A stretch of DNA of 51,956 nt, from contig JBGQMB010000002.1 in the NCBI GenBank assembly GCA_041500405.1, positions 1-51,956 on the forward strand, written 5' to 3'. The notes below the pieces were generated by a model that made no database searches, was not told where the DNA came from, and saw nothing but the letters and a program-made list of their open reading frames with translations. The stretch is from Candidatus Micrarchaeia archaeon (GTDB lineage Archaea > Micrarchaeota > Micrarchaeia > Anstonellales > J096). Positions 1 through 8,046 of this stretch are shown here, piece by piece. Both the position numbers and the translations under genes were made by a program. Numbering within the stretch: position 1 is the stretch's first letter; every line of letters begins with the position of its first letter.

Positions 1-1
1 C

Positions 2-766
2 AAAGCTCAGCAATTTTTAGATTCAATTAACGACTATATCCTAGGAGAATTGGGGATAGATGCGCCAGAATTAACGGATAAACTGTGCTATGCTGTGGGT
101 TCTGAAGAAGTTGAAAATAATAGGTGCGATGCATATTATTACCAGCCGAAGTTTGAGGAAGCCGAGAGGGCAATTAAGAAAGGAAAATATGAGGTTAAGG
201 CGCTGAAAGCGTTCATTACAACAATTCATTACGGAGCATCTGTGAAAAATGACTATATTGAAGAGAAAGGTATCCCTTTATTGAGGATTCTAAACTTAAA
301 ACCAAATAAGATTGAACTAGAAAACGTTGTTAATCTTCCAGAAACAATGAGAAAAGAATTAGGAAGTGCTTTTGTCAGAGAGGGAGATCTATTGATTTCG
401 AGAAGCGGAACAGTTGGAATCGTTTCTGTTGTACCAAAAGAAGCCAAGGATTATGCTTTTGGTTCGTTTATGATTAAATTCTGTTTAGGCAAAGAAATAA
501 ACAAGGAGTATGTTTCTATATGGTTAAACACGAAGTTACAACAGTTTTTTACTGAACGGGAGAAAATCGGGGCAATTCAGGGAAACATTACAATCGGAAC
601 GATTGAGAATTTTAAAATTCCTGTTCCGCTTCTTGCTGTTCAAAACAAAATTGCCGAAGAAGTAAAGGCAAGAATGAAAAACGCAGGGCAGTTACAGAAA
701 GAGGCAAAAGAAGAATTAGAAATGGCTAAGCATGAAACTGAACGGATAATTTTGGGCGAGATATAA
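2..766 (+). CDS. hsdS: Type I restriction-modification specificity subunit (HsdS), 5'-truncated by the window edge
   Basis: The frame is open from nt 2, with no stop upstream of the TTG listed at 50. It has a target-recognition-domain-like segment followed by the conserved HsdS C-terminal helix (GNITIGTIENFKIPVPLLAVQNKIAEEVKARMKNAGQLQKEAKEELE). The region is visibly A+T-rich compared with the rest of the window. Confidence 0.85.
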   Translation, partial: KAQQFLDSINDYILGELGIDAPELTDKLCYAVGSEEVENNRCDAYYYQPKFEEAERAIKKGKYEVKALKAFITTIHYGASVKNDYIEEKGIPLLRILNLKPNKIELENVVNLPETMRKELGSAFVREGDLLISRSGTVGIVSVVPKEAKDYAFGSFMIKFCLGKEINKEYVSIWLNTKLQQFFTEREKIGAIQGNITIGTIENFKIPVPLLAVQNKIAEEVKARMKNAGQLQKEAKEELEMAKHETERIILGEI

Positions 767-1203
767 TGAATAATATTGTCTGGATTATTATAATTCCACT
801 CATACTACTTTCTGGTTGTTTTGGAAGTAGTCAAAATGGACAACCGGCAACATCTGGAGATATACAACAACTAAATACTACTATCAATGTCCAATTAACA
901 TCAATTGGTAACCAAATACAAAGTATAAATCAAAGTCTTGATGTTATAACAATTAAGTTAGATAGTATTGAAACCGAATTTTCAAGCATACAAAACAAAC
1001 TTAATATGGTTACAAATAATATCGTAGTTTATTCTATCGCTATCTCTCTAATCTTCTCATTTGGATTTAATTTAGCATGGAAATTACTTGAAAATAATAT
1101 AAAAATTGAAATGGGCGGAATCGGGGTAGGTATCTTACTATGCCTTCTAATTTTCGCATTACTTATTAGTATTAATTTTATAAGTATTAACATGAAATCA
1201 TAA
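766..1203 (+). CDS. Small membrane or lipoprotein-like protein, function unknown
   Basis: The ATG overlaps the hsdS TAA by 1 nt (ATAATG). It has an N-terminal hydrophobic segment ending LLSGC (lipobox-like), a Q/N/S/I-rich heptad-like middle, and two C-terminal hydrophobic helices. It is A+T-rich like hsdS. Confidence 0.6.
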   Translation: MNNIVWIIIIPLILLSGCFGSSQNGQPATSGDIQQLNTTINVQLTSIGNQIQSINQSLDVITIKLDSIETEFSSIQNKLNMVTNNIVVYSIAISLIFSFGFNLAWKLLENNIKIEMGGIGVGILLCLLIFALLISINFISINMKS

Positions 1204-1207
1204 GATA

Positions 1208-1918
1208 TTACAGAATAAGTATAAACAGTTTCCTTATATCCTCTATTGAAAGCTCCCTTGGCCTTTTGTCAGAGAACTCCGTCCCGTCAATGGCTTTGCC
1301 AAGGCTGTGCCTTATTTTCCTGTTCTTCAATGAGAACATCTTCCTTATCATGTCGTCCTGCTCCGCAGTCGGGGCAAAGCCGGTCTTTTCAAGCTCAACA
1401 AGGGCGGAATCGACCCTTGGCACGGGGAAAAAGCAGTTTCTGGAAACGGTTTTCAGGAGTTTGACATTGAAGCTTAGCTGGGATGTGACCGAAAGCCTTC
1501 CGAAATTTGACGCTTTTGGCTTTGCAGCCATTTTTTCCGCAAACTCCTTCTGGAACATCAGCACCGCTGTCTTGAAGTCCCAGTCCCGCACCCTGAACAA
1601 TATGGCGGAGGATATGCCGTAGGGTATGTTGCCGAAAATCCTGTCAACAGGAAATGTCCCAAAATCGAGGAAATCCCCGTGCGCAAGGCTGACATTGGGA
1701 AAATTGGAAAACCGCTCGGTAAGGCGCGCAAACGCATCGTCCTCAAGCTCCACAACATGGAGCATCCTTGGGTTCCGCGCAACAAGCCTGCTTGTCAGCC
1801 TTCCTGTGCCTCCGCCAATCTCAAGCGCGGTCTCGCCAGGCTGGAGCCGCTTGGCAATGTAGTCAAGCACCGACTGGTCCTGCAGGAAGTTCTGGCTGAA
1901 GGACTTTTTCGGCCTCAT
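1208..1918 (-). CDS. rsmA: 16S/18S rRNA (adenine-N6,N6)-dimethyltransferase, KsgA/Dim1 family
   Basis: N-terminus KKSFSQNFL, SAM-binding motif LEIGGGTGRLT, catalytic GNIPYGISS, and FFPVPRVDS. Confidence 0.92.
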   Translation of the reverse strand: MRPKKSFSQNFLQDQSVLDYIAKRLQPGETALEIGGGTGRLTSRLVARNPRMLHVVELEDDAFARLTERFSNFPNVSLAHGDFLDFGTFPVDRIFGNIPYGISSAILFRVRDWDFKTAVLMFQKEFAEKMAAKPKASNFGRLSVTSQLSFNVKLLKTVSRNCFFPVPRVDSALVELEKTGFAPTAEQDDMIRKMFSLKNRKIRHSLGKAIDGTEFSDKRPRELSIEDIRKLFILIL

Positions 1919-2139
1919 TTGCCGCCCCTCACCATGATGAGCGCCTCTACCAATCCATAGGCATAGTCGCTGGCCCCAAAGGACGTGAAGTAGTCGCCTT
2001 TTTCGTAAAAGTGCCTTGCGTCGGAGATGTAGTGCCTTGCCTTGTCCAGGACGGCCTTCTCGCCCTGGCCCGGCACAAAGACCCTGAGAAGGTTTTCCGT
2101 CTTTTCTATGCTCAGCTTTGCCCTGTCCTTTTGGTCCAT
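1915..2139 (-). CDS. DUF357-like small protein commonly paired with archaeal ksgA
   Basis: Its stop overlaps the rsmA start (4-nt overlap). A helical ~74-aa product results if it starts at MDQKDRAK (2139). This start lies ~27 nt from the A/T box at 2161-2170. The ORF-track start at 2193 would remove the promoter. Confidence 0.65.
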   Translation of the reverse strand: MDQKDRAKLSIEKTENLLRVFVPGQGEKAVLDKARHYISDARHFYEKGDYFTSFGASDYAYGLVEALIMVRGGK

Positions 2140-2160
2140 AAGCAGCGATGCCCTGTAATG

Positions 2161-2170
2161 TTTTTTAAAT
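2161..2170. promoter_or_regulatory. Shared A/T (TATA-like) box for the divergent genes DUF357/rsmA and trpS
   Basis: TTTTTTAAAT is centred ~26 nt upstream of the trpS ATG (2192) and ~27 nt upstream of the minus-strand ATG (2139). Confidence 0.6.
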
Positions 2171-2191
2171 GGTTTACACAAAACGCAAACC

Positions 2192-3334
2192 ATGAAGGTA
2201 ACGCCCTGGGACGTTGAGGGGAAAATAGACTACAGCAAGCTGATAAAGGAGTTCGGCACATCGGAGCTGGACGAAAAGCTCAAGCTGAGGCTGGAAAGGG
2301 CGGCAGGCGCGAAACTGCCTGCCTTCATAAGGCGCGGGTATTTCTTTTCCCACAGGGACCTTGACAAGGTGCTTGACGACTTTGAGAAGGGCAAGGGGTT
2401 TTTCATATACACGGGAAGGGGGCCGTCCAACAAGATGCACATAGGCCACCTTCCGTCCTTCCTGCTTGCAAGGTGGCTGCAGGACAGGTTCAAGGTCAAT
2501 GTCTACATTGAGATAACGGATGACGAGAAGTTCTTGCACAACAGGGAGCTTTCGCTCAAGCAGGTTGACAGTTACGCGGATGACAATATCCTGGATGTGG
2601 CCGCGCTTGGCTTCAATCCGGAAATGACATTCATCTTCAAGGACAGCGAATACGTGAAGAACGTCTATCCCATGCTGCTCCAGATAGCGAGGAAAACGAC
2701 GTTTTCAACCGCAAAGGCGGTTTTCGGGTTCACCAATGAAACGAACGTTGGAATGATATTCTATCCGTCCTACCAGGTCGTTCCGACCTTTTTCGAGAAG
2801 AAAAGGTGCCTCATACCCAATGCGATTGACCAGGACCCGTACTGGAGGATACAGAGGGACATGGCCGAGTCGCTTGGATACCAAAGGGCGGCGTCAATCC
2901 ACTGCAAGTTCCTTCCGCCGCTTACCGGCGTGGAAGGAAAGATGAGCGCGTCAAGGGCAGAGACCGCGATATGGCTGGACGATGACGAGAAAACGGTTAA
3001 AAACAAGGTCATGAAATACGCGTTCTCAGGGGGAAGGGCGACCGTGGAAGAGCACATGAGGCTGGGCGGGAACCCGGACGTCGACGTCAGCTTCCAGTGG
3101 CTCTACCTGCTGTTTGAGGAGGACGACAAGGAAATCGCAAGGATAGAGAAGGAATATAGGGCAGGAAACATGCTGACAGGAGAGCTTAAGCAGATTTTGG
3201 TCAACAAGCTGAACGCGTTCCTGAAAATCCATAAGGAAAATAAGGCAAAGGCAGGGCCGCTAAAGGAAAAGATGGTGCGCACAGGAAGGCTGGCATCGCG
3301 GATGTGGAACACAATATACGGGAGGGATGGTTGA
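2192..3334 (+). CDS. trpS: Tryptophan--tRNA ligase, archaeal/eukaryotic type
   Basis: 380 aa. Class I signature region YTGRGPSNKMHIGHL and KMSAS loop (EGKMSASRAETAIWL). The N-terminal TPWDVEG...IDYSKLIKEFG is typical of archaeal TrpRS. Confidence 0.93.
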   Translation: MKVTPWDVEGKIDYSKLIKEFGTSELDEKLKLRLERAAGAKLPAFIRRGYFFSHRDLDKVLDDFEKGKGFFIYTGRGPSNKMHIGHLPSFLLARWLQDRFKVNVYIEITDDEKFLHNRELSLKQVDSYADDNILDVAALGFNPEMTFIFKDSEYVKNVYPMLLQIARKTTFSTAKAVFGFTNETNVGMIFYPSYQVVPTFFEKKRCLIPNAIDQDPYWRIQRDMAESLGYQRAASIHCKFLPPLTGVEGKMSASRAETAIWLDDDEKTVKNKVMKYAFSGGRATVEEHMRLGGNPDVDVSFQWLYLLFEEDDKEIARIEKEYRAGNMLTGELKQILVNKLNAFLKIHKENKAKAGPLKEKMVRTGRLASRMWNTIYGRDG

Positions 3335-3335
3335 C

Positions 3336-3881
3336 ATGATAATAATGGTGACAGGGTCTGTAGGCACGGGAAAGACCACGGTGGCGGAAGTATTGTCAAG
3401 AAGGCTGGGCTTTCCGCTGATAAAGCTGTCCGATGCGCTTGGCAAGGTAAAATCAACGTACAACAAGAAGCTAAGGACAAGGGAGGTTGACGTTGCTGCG
3501 CTTGGGCAATGGGTGGCAAGCGAAACGCAGGGCAAGCGCGACTTCATTGTTGAAGGGCATATGGCGTGCGAGCTGGAGATGGACGCAAACTACGTGTTTG
3601 TGCTAAGGACCCATCCCGATGAGCTTGGCAGCAGGCTCAAGGCAAGAAGGTACATCAAGGCAAAGATAAACGAAAATGTGATGGCAGAGGCGCTTGATTA
3701 TTGTTTGCTCAAGGTCGAGCACAAGAAAAACGTCTATGAGATAGACACAAGCGGAAAAAGCGCAGCAAGGAGCGCGGAAGACGCAATGAGGATAATGGAA
3801 GGAAGGAAACGCCTGTTCAAAAAGGTCAGCTGGTCCTCCTGGCTTCATGCCGCGGCATCCAAGAAAAAGAAAAGGAAGTAA
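3336..3881 (+). CDS. Fap7/AK6-like adenylate kinase / NTPase
   Basis: P-loop VTGSVGTGKTT lies right at the N-terminus; ~180 aa. The start is placed at the ATG just after the trpS stop; ATGs at 3327 and 3345 are alternatives. Confidence 0.7.
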   Translation: MIIMVTGSVGTGKTTVAEVLSRRLGFPLIKLSDALGKVKSTYNKKLRTREVDVAALGQWVASETQGKRDFIVEGHMACELEMDANYVFVLRTHPDELGSRLKARRYIKAKINENVMAEALDYCLLKVEHKKNVYEIDTSGKSAARSAEDAMRIMEGRKRLFKKVSWSSWLHAAASKKKKRK

Positions 3882-4457
3882 TCAGCGGTTTTCCTTTCCC
3901 CAGGCAACGATTAAGGCATGATACTCGTTGAAAACCTTGGAATCAAGGCCAAGGGAATCCTCAAACTTGAGCCTGTAATCGTCGTAATCCCCGTCCTGCA
4001 TGATATTATGCCTGGCGCAGAACCTCCTTGTATACGCGTCAATCACGAAAATGGGCTTGTTGAAGGCATAAAGCGCTATTGAATCCGCCGTTTCTTTGCC
4101 TATGCCGTTTATGGCAAGAAGCTCCTCCCTTAGGGCCATCCTGTCCATTGCCTTGGCCTTTTTGGAGTTTGAGATGAACCAGGACATCAGGGACTTGAGG
4201 CGCTTTGCCTTTTGGTTGTAGAACCCGCTCGGCCTTATCAACGCCTTGAGCTGGGCATCACCCATGCTCAATATTATATTGGGGCTTAGCGCGTCCGCGG
4301 CTTTGAGATTGGAAATCGCCTTCTCAACATTGGGCCAGGCCGTGTTTTGCGTCAAAACTGCGCCGATGGCAACCTCGCACGGCGTGCCGGCAGGCCACCA
4401 GCGCTGCGGTCCGTATGTGTTATAAAGCGTCTTGTACATCCTTTTTATGATGTCCAT
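3882..4457 (-). CDS. Endonuclease III-related HhH-GPD domain protein (no Fe-S cluster loop seen)
   Basis: YGPQRWWPAGTPCEVAIGAVLTQNTAWPNVEKA, HhH element LLAINGIGKETADSI, and a catalytic-Asp region FVIDAYTRR. No C-terminal Cys cluster is present. Confidence 0.8.
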   Translation of the reverse strand: MDIIKRMYKTLYNTYGPQRWWPAGTPCEVAIGAVLTQNTAWPNVEKAISNLKAADALSPNIILSMGDAQLKALIRPSGFYNQKAKRLKSLMSWFISNSKKAKAMDRMALREELLAINGIGKETADSIALYAFNKPIFVIDAYTRRFCARHNIMQDGDYDDYRLKFEDSLGLDSKVFNEYHALIVAWGKENR

Positions 4458-4564
4458 TATAGTGGATAAGGGTGCGCAAGGTATATATTGTTGTGCGTTT
4501 CATAGAGAGAACATCGCTAATATACGAAGGTTAGGTTCGTCATTTGCCAAACTACCCACAATGA

Positions 4565-4586
4565 TTTATAAACTTTATTTTATAGA
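4565..4586 (+). promoter_or_regulatory. Putative strong promoter (tandem A/T boxes) of the S-layer gene, with a long leader
   Basis: TTTATAAACTTTATTTTATAG lies ~80-100 nt upstream of the ATG at 4666. GAGGTG (4655-4660) sits 5 nt before the ATG, so unlike most genes here this one has a leader with a Shine-Dalgarno site. Confidence 0.55.
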
Positions 4587-4665
4587 CTATCAAAAGATTT
4601 AAAAAGGCCCTCTCGGAGATGGGATTTGGTCCTCCTCGTGGAGGATACAAACTAGAGGTGAAAAA

Positions 4666-7296
4666 ATGAATGGAATAAACCTAAGAAAGTTGGGCGCAAT
4701 AGTCGCCGGAGGAGCAATTTTGGCTAGCTCTGTGGCATTTGCTGGACTTGTTTTCCAGAACACAGAACTGGTTAACGCAAACGGCCAGCCGGTCGCGAAG
4801 ATCGTAGTTGGCGAGGATGCGGCAGCCTCTGACGGTGTTGCAGCAGCCATGATAGCGACCAAGATCGCAAACAGCGCGTACGCCGAGAAGGTGTACACTG
4901 CAGCGGTCCAGGGAACAGCTACATGCGGCGCAGCAGCAGCCGGAGCGGCATGCACAGTGACGGACAAGACCGTGACCCTTTCGATAGTCTACCCGGGAAT
5001 GACCGGAACGGCTATCCATGAGTTCGCGCCCCTGATAGCGGAAACGCTTGACAGGGAAGTGAACGACAGGGCACCGGACTACCAGTCAGTATCGTCTGAC
5101 CTTGAGGATGAGAAGTCTCACCCGTTCCAGGACCAAGACGGAGCTGTCTTCTTGTCGAGCGTAATACCTGAGTCTGACGCAAACGAGGACACGGCCAGGT
5201 ACTACAAGATAGACGGCAGCCAGTTGAGCGCGCTTGCGGACTACTCGATGGCGAGCAAGACTGCAACAAGCACATACACTGAGGCCCAGAAGATATACCT
5301 TATGGGATACACAGCGTACGACTCCAACGAGGAGGCGGTGAAGTATGTGCCCGAGTCAACAGTTTACCAAATGGTGTTCGGCCCAGACGAGGAGGGACTT
5401 TCCCTTTGTCCGGGTGACGACGGAACAGCGGTTGGAGACTGCGACGAGACGGACGCTCTTGGCAAGAACAGGTACAAGATAAAGCTTCTTGGATCTGACT
5501 GGGTCATAAGCGACGTTGTAGAGGGAGATGGTGCAGTCTTGAACGCGACTGACGGGGCTGTGTACGGCTCTGACACTGCAATGGCGGTGCCTGAGGACTC
5601 GACATTCACCCTGAAGCTCGCAAAAGAGGCTTCATACAACCCGGCGCTCCACAAGGGAGAGTGCATGAACACGACAGACGCGAAGATCTGCCTTTCGGAC
5701 ATTTCGAGGGAAACCGGAACCGAGAACACGCACCCGGCAATTCTTTCGATATATGACACCGCAGGAAACCTTGTGACTGAAAAGCAGGTTACCGAGGGAA
5801 CAACCGAGGAGATCGTTGTCGGGACAAAGACCATAAAGGTCCACGTCTACCAGACAGCGCCTGGTTATGCCATGCAAGCCATGTGGGCCGAGATTGCCAT
5901 ATACGCGGACGAGATTGAACTCAACGAGGGCAAGGAGTTCACGTATGGAATCGAGGGCTGGGATGGAGACGACTCCAACTGGAATGTCTACTTTGGCCTT
6001 GTCGACGTCAACTCGAACGGAGCTGACGAGGACGTGAGCAATGCGACAGGCATAAGGGCAATAACCTTTGCAACGACCGAGAGCGATGCGATGAGCGAGG
6101 GCGACCTCTTTGAGGGAGACTCTTACTACATCATCGACAGCGAAGGATACCAGGGCTTCCAAGTCACAAACAACGGGCTTGAGGACTGGAACATGGACAG
6201 CCTGAAGTTCGAGTACAAGAGCGGAGGAACCGCTGCTACTGCGAACATAACTGAGTACGTTAAGATAACGTCTCAGCAGGACAAGGCGTTCGACGTCGAC
6301 GGAATGGGCTGGAAGAGGGGAAGCACGCTCCTTATCGGCTACAATGAATCCGGCGGTGTCGTGGCGCTGAAGGACAGCGACAACGAATGGCAGGTTGACA
6401 CATACTCGAATGAGGACATCTTCTACGAGTATGCGGGAGACCAGTCGCTGATAGTGTCTGAGGACTTCGACAACACTGGGGATTCGTCCGTACCGGCGAA
6501 CTTGGTGAACTTCACAGTCACCTACGTTGAAAACGTGGGAGACGTGAACGCAACGGACTCCATAACGGGCAACATGTCGTTCTTTGTTGACTTCTCTGCG
6601 GCAGACGGGCTGCTTGGGGAAATCGACGGCAACGACGATGAGGTGATGTTCGGCATACCTGCTGAGCTTGGCGGAACATACGGATACTCTGACGGAGATA
6701 CGTATGACGTAGGATTCGTAACGCCGAGGGGAACCGAATTCAGCTCTGAATCGACGACCACAAGGACGTACAAGGTGCCTGCATATGTGAGGCACGTTCT
6801 GATGGCGGTCAAGCCGACATCTGTGAACGCCTCAAGGAACTCCGAGATAATCGGACCTCTCCACGAGGGAGACTCTGCGACTGTTGGTGGAACCATCACG
6901 GTCACTGTTGACTCCATAGACGTGGAATCGTCCGCATCTGTCAGCGGAGGGAGCTCGGGAAGCGCAGCGGACATGAGCAAGGTTTCGGCAGTCATAAAGG
7001 ACTCGTCCGGAGCAACAATGTCCACGCTTACTGCAAAGGATGTCTATGCGATAGACGCAGCGCAGTTTGTGTACCTTGACTCGCAGGCGCCTGCGACGGG
7101 AACAATAATCACCGTCGGCGGCCCGGCAGTCAACTCTGTAACGGCTGCAGCCATGGAAGGAGCTGCGGTTGACTTGTCAGCAGACAACCCTGTCGTAACG
7201 AAGGAGGCTGGGGACAAGATAATCGTTGCAGGATGGACAGCAGACGACACAATAACGGCTGCAGCGCAGTTCATCGCGGCACTTAAGGCGCAGTGA
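4666..7296 (+). CDS. S-layer (surface layer) protein
   Basis: 876 aa. Signal-anchor LGAIVAGGAILASSVAFAG. The N-terminal KIVVGEDAAASDGVAAAMIATKIA and the C-terminal IIVAGWTADDTITAAAQFIAALKAQ resemble the S_layer_N / S_layer_C ends of euryarchaeal S-layer proteins. The product is acidic and T/S/D-rich with many N-x-S/T sites. Confidence 0.8.
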   Translation: MNGINLRKLGAIVAGGAILASSVAFAGLVFQNTELVNANGQPVAKIVVGEDAAASDGVAAAMIATKIANSAYAEKVYTAAVQGTATCGAAAAGAACTVTDKTVTLSIVYPGMTGTAIHEFAPLIAETLDREVNDRAPDYQSVSSDLEDEKSHPFQDQDGAVFLSSVIPESDANEDTARYYKIDGSQLSALADYSMASKTATSTYTEAQKIYLMGYTAYDSNEEAVKYVPESTVYQMVFGPDEEGLSLCPGDDGTAVGDCDETDALGKNRYKIKLLGSDWVISDVVEGDGAVLNATDGAVYGSDTAMAVPEDSTFTLKLAKEASYNPALHKGECMNTTDAKICLSDISRETGTENTHPAILSIYDTAGNLVTEKQVTEGTTEEIVVGTKTIKVHVYQTAPGYAMQAMWAEIAIYADEIELNEGKEFTYGIEGWDGDDSNWNVYFGLVDVNSNGADEDVSNATGIRAITFATTESDAMSEGDLFEGDSYYIIDSEGYQGFQVTNNGLEDWNMDSLKFEYKSGGTAATANITEYVKITSQQDKAFDVDGMGWKRGSTLLIGYNESGGVVALKDSDNEWQVDTYSNEDIFYEYAGDQSLIVSEDFDNTGDSSVPANLVNFTVTYVENVGDVNATDSITGNMSFFVDFSAADGLLGEIDGNDDEVMFGIPAELGGTYGYSDGDTYDVGFVTPRGTEFSSESTTTRTYKVPAYVRHVLMAVKPTSVNASRNSEIIGPLHEGDSATVGGTITVTVDSIDVESSASVSGGSSGSAADMSKVSAVIKDSSGATMSTLTAKDVYAIDAAQFVYLDSQAPATGTIITVGGPAVNSVTAAAMEGAAVDLSADNPVVTKEAGDKIIVAGWTADDTITAAAQFIAALKAQ

Positions 7297-7314
7297 ATAG
7301 CTGAACCTTAACCC

Positions 7315-7340
7315 TTTTATTTTTTTATTTTCTTTTTTCT
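7315..7340 (+). terminator. Oligo-T terminator region after the S-layer gene
   Basis: TTTTATTTTTTTATTTTCTTTTTTCT lies ~20 nt after the stop. Archaeal termination uses T-tracts. Confidence 0.6.
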
Positions 7341-7427
7341 AAATTCAAGCCAGCGCCAGCTGATGCTCTAAACGCTTTTTCTTTCCCCAAGAAGCTTTTT
7401 AGGAAAAAGCTTCAGCAAAAACGACGT

Positions 7428-7465
7428 CGGTTTTTCCCTGGGCTTTTTCTAAAAAAGCCCAAAAG
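7428..7465. repeat. Conserved palindromic intergenic element, copy 1
   Basis: CGGTTTTTCCCTGGGCTTTTTCTAAAAAAGCCCAAAAG. The first 21 nt are identical to 41184-41204. Hairpin GGGCTTTTT/AAAAAGCCC. An A/T box follows ~10 nt later (7472-7481) and an ATG ~26 nt after that. Confidence 0.8.
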
Positions 7466-7501
7466 AAAGGACTTTTATAAACCTTTCTTAGGAACCTCTA
7501 A

Positions 7502-8020
7502 ATGATGGATGTCATAATCGCGCTGGACGGGTACGACGACATGTTCGACGACTTCGACCCGCAGCCGTATATAGAGCGCAACATCTCCGCGGACTTCATA
7601 GACGCGCTCGGCAACAGGATGAGGAAGCTGGATCCCAAGGACAGGGTCAGCGTAACGCTTACGCTTCCCTCCTACAAGAGGGTGATGAAGGACGAGCGCA
7701 TGATAAGGGAGAGGCTGGGCGAGCACTTCTGGAACATGGCGCGCTACTGGGCGGACAAGGAGGCGGAAAAAAGGAACTACTCCCTTGGGCTCGTGCTGCT
7801 GGGCCTTGCGATATTCAGCATTGGCCAGTTTATAATCCACAACTACGCGCACTTCTATGACGAGTTCATAATAATACCGGCATGGTTCCTGACCTTCAAC
7901 GGACTGGACGAGTTCCTGGTGGGAAAGCCCAAGATAGCGGCAAAGAAAAGGTTCTACGACGCCCTGAACGGCGCCAAGATAACATTCAGGGATGAGGACT
8001 ACTTTGGCAATGCTATTTAA
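7502..8020 (+). CDS. Membrane protein of unknown function (tandem paralog A)
   Basis: 172 aa. An acidic N-terminus (LDGYDDMFDDFDPQPY) is followed by two hydrophobic helices. It aligns over its full length with the next ORF. Confidence 0.65.
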   Translation: MMDVIIALDGYDDMFDDFDPQPYIERNISADFIDALGNRMRKLDPKDRVSVTLTLPSYKRVMKDERMIRERLGEHFWNMARYWADKEAEKRNYSLGLVLLGLAIFSIGQFIIHNYAHFYDEFIIIPAWFLTFNGLDEFLVGKPKIAAKKRFYDALNGAKITFRDEDYFGNAI

Positions 8021-8046
8021 AGTTTTCATTTGAAAAAGGTTCCAAG

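Noticed and set aside
5632-6795. A 387-aa minus-strand ORF inside the S-layer gene. Similar long antisense ORFs occur at 12145-13218, 17496-18149, 25211-25840, 32693-33364, 39151-40092, 41149-41709, 44569-45573 and 46226-46891.
   Set aside because: Each lies opposite a gene with clear family motifs. Their products are low-complexity, R/P/S/C-rich or artificial-looking, and they lack promoter or SD context. They are typical shadow ORFs.
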